Source: Octopus sinensis (taxonomy: Eukaryota). Taken from it: a stretch of DNA of 64,000 nt. The position numbers were made by a program, and so were the translations under genes. The notes under the pieces were generated by a model, which saw nothing but the letters and a program-made list of their open reading frames with translations, was not told the DNA's origin and made no database searches. The stretch lies in assembly GCF_006345805.1 (NCBI RefSeq), contig NC_042998.1, forward strand, positions 157,914,001 through 157,978,000, in the 5' to 3' direction. Each line of letters opens with the position of its first letter. Positions within the stretch are counted from its first letter, which is position 1. Of this stretch, positions 41,018 through 54,847 are shown one piece after another.

Positions 41018-42279
41018 GAAAGACAGAAAGAAGTAGAAGAATGAAGAAGGAAGAGAAGAGAAAGAGGCTTAAGAAGAATAGTGAAACAAGAAAAATGAGA
41101 TGAGAATTAGAAAATGAAAGAAAATAATAGAAAACAGAAAATTATTGGAGTAAAACGCTGAATGAGCACAAAAAGAACAAGAGGACAATCAAAATCAGAA
41201 GAATAAAGTGAAAATATGCAAAAAGAAAGAAAATAATCGATGGCTAACACAAATATTCACGTGATCAGAATGAAATATTGAGAGCTGAGATAAAGAATTT
41301 TTTTTTTAAATGCCCGACTTTCACGAATTAATTTGGAGTTGTTTAGCTGTCAATTACGTTGAAAAGAAAAATAGTGACTGGTTAGAAAAGAAAAAAAACA
41401 TCAACAAGTAATCAGATTTCGCATGTTAAACAAAGAAGATATTGGAGGAAAAAGAACCGAAGGGACAGATTATTTGGCTCTGCATTAGTAGGTTGTCAGT
41501 TGACTTTTCTAAGAACTTTATTTCATTTTTGTTGATGTTATGTTTATGTTAACTAATAGAAAGGCCCACCTAAATATGTTTGCTTCTTCCTCAGAATCAA
41601 AGCAGTCATTCTGTTCTGCTGATATCCAAGTTTTAGTGACCTTTACAATGAAATTCAGCTCAAGCTTCTAGATACTAGATTTATTACTATTAAGAGTAAC
41701 CTTATAACATTCGAGTTGATACCTGATATCGGTCGAGTGCAGAACAAATTGCTTTACATCCATTTACTTTCCGAGACTCCATGTCTCTGTGGAAATCTCT
41801 AGATAGATAAAGAAAGTAGGATCAAATTGAATATTTTTCTTCCCCAGATATATATGTTAGGAACTATAAAGGCGTAACAAGTGTACCAGTTTGTAATGTT
41901 TCTACATTCTGGGATCGATCCTGGTGAAAATAATGTTGTTTTCATCTTCCATAATAGACGTTATCAAATATTGTCAAGTTGTAGCACTGGTCACCATCTT
42001 TCTTAGCAGTTATATTCCTCCTGGCTGTTAATCACTTCAGAATATGACGAAGATATCAAATGGAAAATAGGCTGTGGGATAATATAGTCCTTTCTATATT
42101 ATTTGTAAAGGATATATTGGGTAATATCAGACAGGAGGGGATGCCATACCTGGAAAACTTTTGGTCATATTTCTAATCAGTTGTGGTTTACCTGGTGCTA
42201 AACATCAAAAGCAACACGCAGTGAATTCACGTGTGCGTGCGTGTGTATGTGGGTGTATGTGTGTGTGTGTGTGTGTGTG

Positions 42280-42310
<31 letters not shown>

Positions 42311-43179
42311 AACGCATGTATTAATTGGTAGAAGTTACAGAATGGATGAAAATGCCCAGATTATTGTGCATTGGCATTTTTTCATAAATAAAGTTTGATA
42401 AATGCCATACAACGAAAATCTTGGTTCTTGAGTCGCTCTGTAACGTTTGGTAGAATATGTATTTATATATTTACGTTTTGGGTTCTATTTTCCTGTTTGT
42501 TTCCTCAAATACACACACACACATGCTATCGGTAGTTGTATTATACATATACCAACAGAGTTGTCAGCAAAGCCAGAGAGTCCCTTATAGGCAAAGAAAC
42601 TGATTAATTTATGATAGTGCAAGAAACTTAGGATAAAGTAGTCAGTACTTGTATACGAGGCAAAAAATATGAGAATAAAAATGTAATATCATCAGACGAA
42701 TACGGACATATTATTATATATACACGTACACACGTATAAACAAGAATATATATGCGTGTGAATGTGTTGTGTGTGATGCAAACGCATATACACGTGCGTG
42801 CACACTCACATTTATATACAGATATGTGCAATAATGCAGAAACATTCATGTATACATATGTATATATAAAAATACATAATCAACGTATATGTGTACATAT
42901 ACTCATATATGTTTGAGTATGAAATGTATAACTATGTATGTATGTATATGTGTATGTTTGTTTATATGTATGTATGTATGTATGTCAGATTCTATATGCT
43001 GATGGCTTACTCAGTTAACCTCTCTATAGATTGCGTTATAAGGTTGTAGCCTGAAGATCCTGCACACAAGTTCATTCAGAGAAATACGTGATATAGGCTC
43101 TAATATATGTGTTCGTCGCTCATTCTTTATTTCCATTGTGTCTTACTGACGATGATCATTACAAACCCTCCAACGGTGG

Positions 43180-44820
43180 TTAATGGTTGTAGTTAATGTT
43201 ACGTTTTAATTGATCCAAACTAATATCAGCACAAAAGACACGTGCTCCGAGACGATTGCAGAAGTTCTGAGTTCTGGGAAAGAAGAAATGGTTACAATTT
43301 CAAGTGTGCTACCGGGGATCTTGAAAACAAAGGTGAGAAGATGTAGATTAACAAGACACTCGGATGTACCGGAGTATGGAGGTTCGTTACCAGTTCGCTT
43401 CGTGAAATGGATGTCATTGTTGTAGCGACACAAAAAGCAGAGACAAGACATGTTTGCGGACCAGAAAATGGAGCGTGACTGTGAATGATTTAATGCAAAC
43501 TTGTTGAGTGACTCTTCTCCTCTGGTTTCAGTCCCGAATGTCTGTGTTCATAGGAACAGTACCGTTCCAAATGTAGGAACTATTACCTTTTGCGTATGTC
43601 AGATGAACTTTCTAGAGGGTCATGAATAATTGAGGTTATGGCTGAAGAGAAGGACCAGTCTTTGAGAGGTGTTCGTAGCTATATTGACAAAGTGTATTTG
43701 TCAGATGTTCACGATAATAATGAGGTCCAAAATTTCAGAGTCAACATCATGGTCTTGAGCTGAGTGCAGCTCATGCCTGGAAATAAGGTTGTGTTCTCTT
43801 GCTACGAGTATACTTGAGTTCTTTTCTTGGTAGAAGACACAGGATAGGTGCAGCCCTAATAAATCACCGTCCATGGATAAGTGTAGGTTAGACGTGTAGT
43901 GTTTAAACTCTCTGTAGATCATGGTTGAGGAACGTTTGGGAGCTAATGGTAGTCTTTATAATTTGCACGTGTTAGTGTTGTTGGACATGACAGCAATAAG
44001 GTCATAGAAGGAAGTGATGGGAGACGACCTTAATCCTGGGGCATACCAGATTTTGTTGAGGGTGGAATAGAAAGAACTGCTTCAATACTGTAAGCTACCA
44101 TAAGAAAAGATAAGAGATGGATGGAGCCGTAGGATGGAAGTTTTGAGAGAAGATTTACATGTCAGACAAGATCGAATGCTTGTGAATATTTAATGTACCA
44201 CAATTGTTTTTAATGAAAGTATGTAAAGGGTGAGGCTAATGGTGCATGGAATTGGACAGTATATCTCTATTGGATTTCATTCTATGAAAGCCATGAAGAT
44301 GGCCATTGAAGCGAAAGAAGGATTCAAGATGTTAGCGAACGTCATTTTAGAGATGCAAAAGGGCAATAGCTGGCTGAGTCTCAAGGAATGTGTTTTCCTG
44401 AAAGGTAACATACTGGAACATCATAAATATAAGGATATACTACCATAGAAAGGGAGATTTTGAAGATTTTGATGAATACAGGGACAATGTTTCTGGTGAG
44501 GTGATTGATTAAATGAGAGGCGTATAGCCTTGGGTGGTGGTGGTGGTGATCTTGTTGATTCGAAGGAACCTGTGGTATTTCTTTTCTTGTTGAATGAAGT
44601 TGATTAGAAGATGCCTCTGGAACAGTGAAAACAGATTGTAGATATTTGTGATATTTGTGCCTTAGATATGATTATGCTAAATGGTATGTGCGTGAATAGA
44701 AAAGATTTGATGCATGGGATCAAGTTTGGAGAGAAGTCTTCAGATGTTTGAAATAGGACAATTGGGCAGTGGAGTGTAAAGTGTAATGTTGTGTGGACAA
44801 GGCACAACTATACTTTCATT
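43180..44820 (-). mobile_element. Decayed LINE (CR1/Jockey-like) RT and C-terminal region
   Basis: SCLCFLCRYNN...SSFPEL..SEHVSF C-terminal pattern (ORF 43206) and SGMPQD RT-like remnant, with many stops. Confidence 0.55.
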
Positions 44821-46094
44821 ATGTATCAGAAAAGGGGAACGGAGCTATTGATTCAGTGATTAAGTGTTGAAATACGGATAAACATATAAATAGTATGATT
44901 ATTTAAGACAAAGCAGTCTATCCATTGTCACGGATACATAATTCCTTTTTCTCAGAAAAAATTGTGACACAGATTATTTTATATAATACATAACAGGCAT
45001 TAATTTATACATTAGCTTTTTATGCCTGGTTCCGAAATAAATAGTATAAATTGATTTCAAAACATTCTTATAGAGATATTCAAAAAATTTCAATTTACTT
45101 TCAATACATTCTGCCACTATTACATAGACTGGCTTGTTTTTTCGTACTCTTTTCCTTTTTTCTAAATCCAAGTGAAGTAGAATTCTTCAATATCACCTCA
45201 GATCCCTCTAATTCAATTGTTCTTTCCCAGAACCTCTCTCTTTGGAATTTCTTCCAGTCCATTTTTCAAGTGGTCATCAAATTGTAACTATTCAATAGGA
45301 ACATTAACTACATCGACCTCGTTGACTGTTGTTCAATTGCAAAAGGTAAGGAACAGTCCACTTCACCAGAGTGAGCTTAAAATTTAGAATATCAATTAAC
45401 TTCCAGGGTATCGGCATTTCGTATTTCCGAATGATGTGATAGCATTCAGCTGCTGATACAATACTTCCTGCTCCTTAACTTATTGAATATAAATGGCTTT
45501 TAAATTTTAGCTTGCTACCAACTTAATAAGTATTTACTCCATCTGGCTATCATATCCGAAGCACTTCCCTTACAATGTTATTTCATTAAGTAGCGTATAA
45601 TTCCCTTACATCTTTTATAGTAATCATTTTTTTTCATCCAACAGAAGATTAAATATTGCAATATTGTTTTCTGATATAATGAGGGTAATTAACTCAAGGA
45701 ATTTTGTTCAGCGTTTTTATTCTTCTTGTTCTGCCGCACTCATTCTAATAATTCTTTAATTCTTCTTTTTGTTTTTTACTATTTATTAAAATATATGAAA
45801 TATTAAAATATGGCCACTATCAAATATTGTTGGGTACTTTGAAAAAGAATTGGAAGGTAGTGACGAAAGTGATGGTTGCAATTCACACCATATTGAAGAT
45901 CCATTTCGATCCATTTTTCTTTACTATTATCTAATTGAAATCTTGTTGAAATAGGGAATTACGGAAAACCTAGTAAATCGTAGTAAATACAATGGAGCTA
46001 GTGTGTTCGTTTTGCATTCCACTTTGAAGAAAGATTTTGCATTTACACATGGGACATGACTTCACAAGAAGATCAAGTATATGTTTATCATACA

Positions 46095-46348
46095 CATGGA
46101 TATATCAGACGTAAGGTCATAAGTTCAATATCTGGCGGCACGTTGTGTCCTCGAGCAAGACTTTTATTTCACGTTGCTCCAGTCCACTCAGCTGGCAAGA
46201 ATGAGTAGTATCTGTATTTCAAAGGGCCAGCCTTGTCACACTATGTGTCATGTTGAATTTCCCTAAAACTATGTTAAGGGTTCACGTGTGTAGACTGTTC
46301 CGTTCATCGGATTAACTGGAACCCTTGTCGTTGTAACCGGCAGAGTGC

Positions 46349-46352
<4 letters not shown>
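46095..46352 (+). mobile_element. SINE (tRNA B-box plus gtgtcct.gagcaagac central domain)
   Basis: aagttcaatatc...gttgtgtcctcgagcaagacttttatttcacgttgctccagtccactcagctg. Confidence 0.6.
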
Positions 46353-46381
<29 letters not shown>

Positions 46382-48177
46382 AAATTCAGGGTGAATACTT
46401 AATAACTGTAAGCCCCTGTATATGCCAGTTAGTGATGTAGGTGATAGAGTATATTTATCAAACGAAAAACAGGATGCAAAAGATTTAGCGGTACATATGT
46501 TTCTGGCCTTTATTAGACAGTTTATATCAATGCATAATTGATGTAATATGTATGTCAATAACCTTCATCAGCCGCGCACAATTACCACACCAAGGACATG
46601 TATTACATCATAAGTTTGAGAAAAAGACGATTTTCGTTGGGGATGCAAATCCTCATATTCGTATACAGCAGAGCGAGACACCAAAGCAAAAACAAAGCGT
46701 CCATACCGTTTTTCACTCGATATGGAATGAGGAGGTTGGATGTTGAGATAAAGAGGGAAGGAGTTGGAGGGGGTGAATCTTTAATGAGTTTGAGATCACA
46801 AAGAGGAGAAGTAGTAGGTGCAGAAAGTAATAACAGAGTAAAAATTTAAAATATAAAAAATATAAAAAGTATATAAGTATATAAATATACAAAGACGTGA
46901 GAAAACATGGAAATCTAAATATAACTAAATAAAGATAAAGAAGCTAAAAAATAAAGACGAAAAATAAGGATAAAAAATAAAAAATAAAAATAAAATATAA
47001 AGGGATAAAGAAATATAAAGGGGTAAAGAAATAAAAGGGTGGACGTAAAGATAAAGTAAGGTACAGAAAGGAATATTACGGTTAGTGAAGCTTAAGGATG
47101 TACTGGTGGGTATCATAAATTAGAACTTAATTATCTGGGGACCAAGCGGATGGTCAATATAAGTTGTCTGCTCCAAGTTGCTGTGTGGCTAAATAGTTTA
47201 TTTGCTTTCTCATAAAATGTTTGGGATCGTATTGTTATCAGTCAACATGTACACACATACATGCATGCATACACATACACACCCACACAGATATATACAT
47301 ACACACACCCGTGTGAAAGTACCGATAGTGATATGCATATACATACATACCGCTACGCACAGAAACCCAAACTCGCACAAACTAAATACATATATACATA
47401 TACACATACACCCCTCTGCACACGTACTCGTATACATATAAATACATACACACACGTACATATACCGAGGCCGCACATCTACACACTTGTATACGTATAT
47501 GCGTACATACATAAATATCTCAATATACACATACATACAGAAAAAAGTGTATGTAGCTGGGTACAAGAACCCCCGCACATACATACATATACGCACACAC
47601 GCACATACACACATACATAAGGAAGTAAATCTCCATGCATATACACATATATGCATATATACATATTTATATGTACACTCGCACATACACCCCTAAAAGA
47701 AACCAAGAAAAAATATATATACACCCGCACCCGTAGATACACACACAGACATGTAACTATACATACGCGTACACATCCATAGACCCAAACATACAAAAGC
47801 ATATATATATATATATATAATACATATACGCACATACATACACACATGGACATATATATACTCATCCTTACACCCTTATATACACATACACACATATATA
47901 TGTGTGTCTATATGCATATATATACATATGTATAAGTACATGTGTGCACATATACAGTGAAATCCATACACGAACAAACACATGCATACATCAACATGTA
48001 TGCGCCCGCAGAGGTTCATTCAAGTTCCTGTCTATATATGCATATATGCACACGCCCTGGTTTTCTTTTGATAAATATATATATATATATATATATAATT
48101 TCAACAATTGACGGTAAAATTAATAATTATTAATCAATTTCACCAAGTATTCAGTATGTAAGGGACCATTTAAGGCG

Positions 48178-48519
48178 AATTCAAATATTACATTATATAA
48201 AGGGCTTAGTAAAATAAATTACTTTGCCACATACTGAAATCATTAGAAATAGTAGCTAAAAAAAATTTTTTAGAACTATTTCTAATACTTAAAGAAAATC
48301 TCTCAAATAGTGTTTGTCAATTCAACTCACGAAAGTGATTTTTTAATGTCTTTACCCCCATACTTTCGTGAGTTGAATGAGCAAACACTATTTGAGAGAG
48401 ATTTTCTTTAAGTATTAGAAATAGTTCTAAAAAAGTTTTTTTAGCTACTATTTCTAATGAGTTCAGTATGTGACAAAGTTATTTATTTTACTAAGCCCTT
48501 TATATAATGTAATAATTTG

Positions 48520-48523
<4 letters not shown>
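48178..48523. repeat. ~345-bp palindrome with nested sub-hairpins in each arm
   Basis: aattcaaatattacattatataaagggcttag...tcaactcacgaaagt, a ~25-nt loop, then the reverse complement. Confidence 0.9.
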
Positions 48524-48554
<31 letters not shown>

Positions 48555-48590
48555 TATATTATATAATACATATATATGTATATATGTATG

Positions 48591-48659
<69 letters not shown>

Positions 48660-48661
<2 letters not shown>

Positions 48662-50062
48662 GGGAGAGTTTACGAAAAAAAACAAAAGGACAAGACTGTG
48701 GTGTACAAAACAAACAGATGTATTAGTATAACGCTTAGGAACAGAAAAAAGTATTTTACGTTTCGAGCCTACGCTCTTCTACAGAAAGGGACATAGAAAA
48801 AAACAAGGAGAGAAAAAAAATGTGTGTAGTGGCTAACGATCTATCATGGCGACTAGTGCCGGACAGAAGGGTCAAACGCAGGAAGGAAAGTAGGGGAGAT
48901 AACAAGGTAAAGATGACGCCCAACACAAAGGTGCGTGTGTGTATAAGAGGGCATGTATGTGCGTGTGAAAGAGGGCTGGTGGTCTGCACGTGTGCGTGTA
49001 TGTATGTGTAGGTGTGAAGGTGTGGGGATGGGTGTGTGGGTGGTGTGTTGTGATGTGATGTGTAATATTGTATGATGTAGCGTGGTGTGATGTTGTTGGG
49101 AGGTGGGGGAGGTGAGAGTGGGGAAAGCACGGGTGGTGTGTGGGTTTGGCTGGGGGTTGAGGTAGAGTTGGGGTTTGTGGGTAGGCAGAGGGTGGGGGTA
49201 GATGTGGGGTATGTGGGGGAGAGGTGTGGGATAGGATGGGGGATGGGAAGGATAGGGAAGGTGGAGTAGGGATATGTAGGGGTGGGTGGGGTTTTGGGGG
49301 GAGGGGAAGGTGAGTATGTGAGGAGAGAGAGGAGGAGAGAAAGAGAGTAAGAGAGAAGAGAGAAAGAGAGAAGAGAAGAAGAGAGTAAGAGGGAAGGAGG
49401 GGAGAGAAAGAGAGAAAGAGAGTAAGAGAGAAGAGAGAAAGAGAGTAAGAGAGAAGAGGGAAAGAGAGTTGGGGTGAAGGGAAGTAGCAGTGAAGAGAAG
49501 TAGGAGTCTGGGCAAGAGAGGAGAGCTGGGTGGGAAGAAGGAGGAGGGAGGGGAGAGAGAGGAGAGAAGGAGAGTGAGGGAGCAGAGAGAGAGAAGAGAG
49601 AAAGAGACTAAGGGAATAGAGGGAAAGAGAGTAGGGGTGAAAAGATGTAGGAGTGAAGAGAAGTAGGAGTCGGGGAGGATGTTAGATGAAAAGGAGAGGA
49701 GAGTTCAGCCCAAAAAGGCGTAAAAGAGCGAAGAGAGAAGATTAATCCCTGTTCACGGCGCAAACGGGAGTCCGAATGGCCTCTGTGCAAAGACAATCCA
49801 AACACAGACAGGTGTTGCAAGGAGTGACCGGTGAAGCGGAAATGTCGTGAGACTGGGGTGTCATTGTTGAGGCGGATGTCTCGGAGGTGTTCCGCGAACC
49901 GGTCAGCCAAGCGGCGTCCCGTTTGTCCGATGTACAGGGAATGGCAGAGAGAGCAGGAGATGATATTACTGGAGGTGCAGGTGAAAGAGTCGATGATGCG
50001 ATAGGGTCGATGATGGGTGCTGGTGAGGAGGGTGGTGTTGGAGATGTAAGGGCAAATGCGGA
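48660..50062 (-). mobile_element. PLE 3' portion: GIY-YIG endonuclease (50062-~49690), low-complexity 3' region and pseudo-LTR family C with HHR (48754-48788)
   Basis: ICPYIS...FTCTSSNIISCSLCHSLYIGQTGRRLADRFAEHLRDIR...PVSRHF...RLRREQGLIFSL. The HHR motif ttt CTGTAGA a gagcgtaggctc GAAA cg TA aaa is in the same orientation. Confidence 0.9.
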
Positions 50063-50999
50063 TGTATGTATATGAATGTGCTTGTAAATATAAGTGTAGT
50101 TATTTGTTCATTTATTTATAGCATGACATATGCTGTGTTGGCCTTCCTGTAAATGATGTATAGTTATTGCCGAACTCGAGGGCAAGGGAGGCATTCTTTT
50201 TTCGATTCGATTAAATTGATCTTAGTAAATTAATAGTTTGTTGTAATTTATGGACTTTATGGGAAAGAAACATGCTAACTAAGCTACTGATAATTGAAAT
50301 ACACCATACATTATATTTCCCACATTCAAAACAAAATACATTTTGTATTCTTTTATTAAAAAAATAATTATTGCCTTTTTGATTTATTTAAGAAATTTAT
50401 TGCGTTAGAGAAACTAATTTGCCTTTGTCTATATTTCTCTTGTGCTATTACCAAAGTAAAAATAGTAACAAACCAACAACAGCTGATCGAATATGACCAT
50501 TGATTAGCTCACTTTGTGAACTGTTCTGCTTATCCGATGTGCTTCTTCCCCACCTGCAAAATATTGATTTGTTTAGATTTAGGACAAGGACAATTTCTCC
50601 AGTAGAGGAAAGATAATCGACTATATATTTGCAGTGTATTATTACTGTTACTTAATTATAAAGTCAAAGACTGCAGAATTTGTACTTTGAGTACAAAGGA
50701 ATAAGACCAAAATACTAATCCTGGCATCCTAACATTTCTGCCAAATTTACAGATCAGCCAAGTTTTTAAATATTGATTTCTGACAATGGCAGACGTGGCT
50801 CCATACTCATTTGAGTTGCAATTAAACGAAAAGAATATTCAACAATATTAGTTAAAGTGAAATCATGTTTTGTTTTTATAAGGCTGAATCTGCCTGAAGT
50901 ACCACTCATTGTTTCTTGATGCCGGTTCTCAAATACAAAGCCACTCATTTAAAATTGACGACTAGGTTGGATTGATTTTAAATGTATAACTACAACATA

Positions 51000-52281
51000 C
51001 GAGGGGCGTTCAATATGTAATGCCCCTGACCCACTTCCCATTGGAGTAGAGCAACGAAACTTGGCACAGTTATTAATCTTTTTCTAGATAGGAACCACCC
51101 AGAGTTACGCATTTGTCCCATCGTTTGATGCAGCTCTGAAGACCGTTTTTGTAGAAGACCCCAGCTTGGTCCTCCAACCACGACGTGACTTCAGAAATCA
51201 AGGCTGCATCATCTGGGAAACGCTTTCCTTTCAAAAACAACTTCATGGCTGGAAGAGGTGCAAATCAGAGGGTGCAAGGTCAGGAGAGTAGGGGGGATGG
51301 AGGAGGAGTTCATAGCCGCACGCCTGTGCTTCTGATCTGGCGACACGCGAGTTGTGGACCAGAGCGTTGTCCTGCAGGTAGAGGAAGCCTTTGCTGATCT
51401 TGCCCCGCCTCTTGATTTTGATAGCTTCTCTTAATTTCCTCAAAAGTGAAGCATAATAGGCTCCTGTAAATGTGGTACCCTTTGCCAGGATCTCTGTCAT
51501 CACTACTCCGTCCTGGTCTCAGAAGACTGTGAGCATGACCTTGCCAGCGGAGGGCTGCACCCTTGCCTTCTTTGGAGGAGGTGAGTCACGGTGCTTCCAC
51601 TTCATTGACTGGGCTTTGCTCTCTGGATCATAGTGATGGACCCAGGTTTCATCCTGTGTAGACAGTCTTTTGAGAAATTTTGACTCATCTTCTTGGCACA
51701 TCACCAAATTCATCCTCGAGCACTCGACGCATTCTTGCTTCTGGAAAGGTGTGAGCAACCTGGAAATCCATCTGGCAGACACCTTTTGCATATGCAAATG
51801 GTTATGAATGATAGTTTTCACAGACCCGGTACTAATCTTGACCCCATGAGCTATTTGGCGAATAGTTATGCGTCGATCTTCCAAAATGGCAGCCTCAACT
51901 TGACGGACAGATGCCTCATCAATGGCAGAGGTGGGACGACCAGATCTGGGTGTTGTTTCCGACCGTGTTTGAATTCACGATGCCAGTGATTTACAAGGCC
52001 ATATGATGGGGCATCATCACCATGAGTTACTTTCATTTCATCAAAAGTCTCCCGTCGTGTGCGTCCTTTCAAATACAAAAACCGGATCACTGCTCGACAC
52101 TCAACAGGCTCCATTTCACACTTGACTCAGTTCAAACACCTGTAAATCGGAAACCACAATTAGTTCAGAGCTGTAATTTGCCACTTAATCTGTAGAGATA
52201 TAAATAATTGCACATGCAAACTTTCAGCTAGATCAAACAATTGCAAGTGGGTCAGAAGCATTACTTATTGAACGTCCCTCG
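51000..52281 (-). mobile_element. Full-length mariner (DD34D) transposon, 1282 bp, 37-bp TIRs, TA TSD; irritans/Bytmar-like
   Basis: TIRs 51000-51036 and 52245-52281 have 4 mismatches, with TA on both sides. Transposase motifs are WISRLL, TQDETWVHHYDPE and QDNA-x-YSPDLAPSD, with 34-aa D-D spacing. Confidence 0.95.
51075..52114 (-). pseudogene. Mariner transposase, disrupted by frameshifts and a stop
   Basis: Split over ORFs 51866-52114, 51519-51884 and 51243-51503. Confidence 0.9.
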
Positions 52282-52992
52282 TATATCAGTAACGGTGATG
52301 TAAAACGCACAGCCTGTCTCAAGAGATTTCAACTTGAGCATGCAGCGATATACAATGAATACCACAACATCTTTTACTCAGCGCTTTCTCGATTCTCTAG
52401 CCACTACTCCATTTAAAAACAATTCTAACTGTCGGTGAAAGCAACGTATAGTCTCTTCTTAGCAACCCTGAACTGATAAACAGCAAATTTGAAACATGAA
52501 TTTCAACGTGAATTACAAGTAATTTCACGTAATGATCACCTTATTTTGTTATCCACTGCTATTTCTAATTCAAATATTATATTAACGCTGTAAATTTAAT
52601 ATAAATTCTTATACTTCTTCTAATGCATATAAAGGAACAACTAGTATTGTATATGTACAAGCGATTATTCAAGTACACGATTAATGTAAAGAAAGGTGGA
52701 TTATTTCCCATTAGGCAACTAGCTTTAGATTCAGGAGTTGTACTTATTGCAAGTGCAGGTATGGCTATATGGATAAGGAATTCACTAGGCAACCATATAT
52801 TATCGGATTAGGCTTTACTGAGTGGCACCTTTTGCTAGTGTTTTCTACTAATAACCTCTGGCTTATTATTGCTTTGTGAATGAAATTAGGAGGGAAATAT
52901 GCAATTCATATGTGTGTGTGTTTCCTTTAAGTTCGTTTATGTAAAACGTATTTTGAGTGCGTGGAATGAAAAGCTCCTATGCTATTTTTTTT

Positions 52993-53217
52993 ACTTGGGG
53001 GAGCGGTCAAGGAGTCAGTGGTAAATTAGATAAAAGAATAAATAAAAGAATAAAAAAATATATAGAAGAATAGAGTTTTAGGTAAATAAGGAGATTCTCA
53101 CTTATACCTATACACATATGTATACATATATACACACACACACACACATATACATACACAAATGCATACATACACACACATATATACATACACACATATA
53201 TACATACATATATCTAC

Positions 53218-53252
<35 letters not shown>

Positions 53253-53434
53253 TGCATATACATATACACAGACACATGTATATATACACACACGACCACA
53301 CATACATATACACACAAAAAAAATATATACATACACACACATACACATACACACATACACACACATATCCACATACACACATGCACACACAACACACAAG
53401 TCCCTATATACACATATATACATATACACACACA

Positions 53435-53468
<34 letters not shown>

Positions 53469-54102
53469 CACATATGTGTACCTATACCTACCTACACATA
53501 CACACATATACATACAGATACAAACCCATTCCCTAATTTTAATTTTATTATCTGTGTGGTCGTGTGTGTATATATACATGTGTGTGTGTATATGTATATG
53601 CATATATGTGTGTATATATGTATATATATATATATATATATATGTAGATATATGTATGTATATATGTGTGTATGTATATATGTGTGTGTGTGTATGCATG
53701 TGTGTATGTATATGTGTGTGTGTGTGTGTATATATGTATACATATGTGTATAGGTATAAGTGAGAATCTTCTTATTTACCTAAAACTCTATTCTTCTATA
53801 TATTTTTTTTTATTCTTTTATTTATTCTTTTATCTAATTTACCACTGACTCCTTGACCACTCCCCCAAGTATGATATTTTTGCGCTATGCCTACCCCCAA
53901 AAAGTCCCCCACCACCACCCCTTTAAACCTGCCTAAATGTATAAATGCCAATACAATTCTTGTTAACTAGCTTCCTGAAGATTTCTCTTGAATGAAACAG
54001 TTCTAGTCCTGTAGAAGCTCCTTCTATATAATAAATTAATTTTACTCTGCTATGTATTGAGTACCTTATTTACTGTGGTTAACCCCGAATCAACCCGGGA
54101 CC

Positions 54103-54105
<3 letters not shown>
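52993..54105 (+). mobile_element. Independent copy of family D element with inverted 5' segment (52993-~53550) and full pseudo-LTR end
   Basis: Same islands as the 21.9-28.3 kb array. Arms ~52993-53310 and ~53552-53870 are inverted. The copy ends aaccccgaatcaacccgggacctac then (AT)n, as at ~26740. Confidence 0.85.
53969..54019 (+). ncRNA. Type I hammerhead ribozyme (family D), intact
   Basis: agcttc CTGAAGA tttctcttgaat GAAA cagttctagtcctg TA gaagct, with AATAAA shortly downstream. Confidence 0.8.
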
Positions 54106-54138
<33 letters not shown>

Positions 54139-54163
54139 TATATATATACACACATACCTATAT

Positions 54164-54204
<41 letters not shown>

Positions 54205-54650
54205 TAGAGAAATACACTCGTATATGTATGTAAGTGCTCAGCATTTAACTGACTCGAATGTCTGCTGTCACGCTTACAATGCTTAATATCTAAATTTATG
54301 ATTATGCCTCGTAAATTAGCGGTTCAAAAAACAGTAACAATATCTACCAGACTTAGATAAGTAGTACTCTGATCGATAAGTCGCAGCTTAGCCCCATTTC
54401 AGAAACTAAAATGAGTAAAATAGCCTGCGGTAAACTATGGCACAGGTGGTTTTCACAGTTATTGTGAAAATGTAGAGATTGTTTATTTTGGAATCGTTGG
54501 AGGTCAAGAACACAGTGACTTGGCATCTTCACCTGTTCACACCAACTAGATTCGGAATCATATAATCATATGTGGGTGTGTGTGTGTTTTGTATTTGTAT
54601 GCACACACACACACACATATATATACATATATATATATACATATATACGT

Positions 54651-54726
<76 letters not shown>

Positions 54727-54812
54727 ATATATATGGATGTACACATTCCTGTGTTGAGATAACTCCTTATGCAATTAGAAACCACCTCTACTGTTGTTCA
54801 CTACTTTCTCTT

Positions 54813-54847
<35 letters not shown>

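Noticed and set aside
52623-52811. Possible host exon (ttcag…GCAG|gtatgg)
   Set aside because: Splice-like signals only, with no recognisable protein motif or partner exons.
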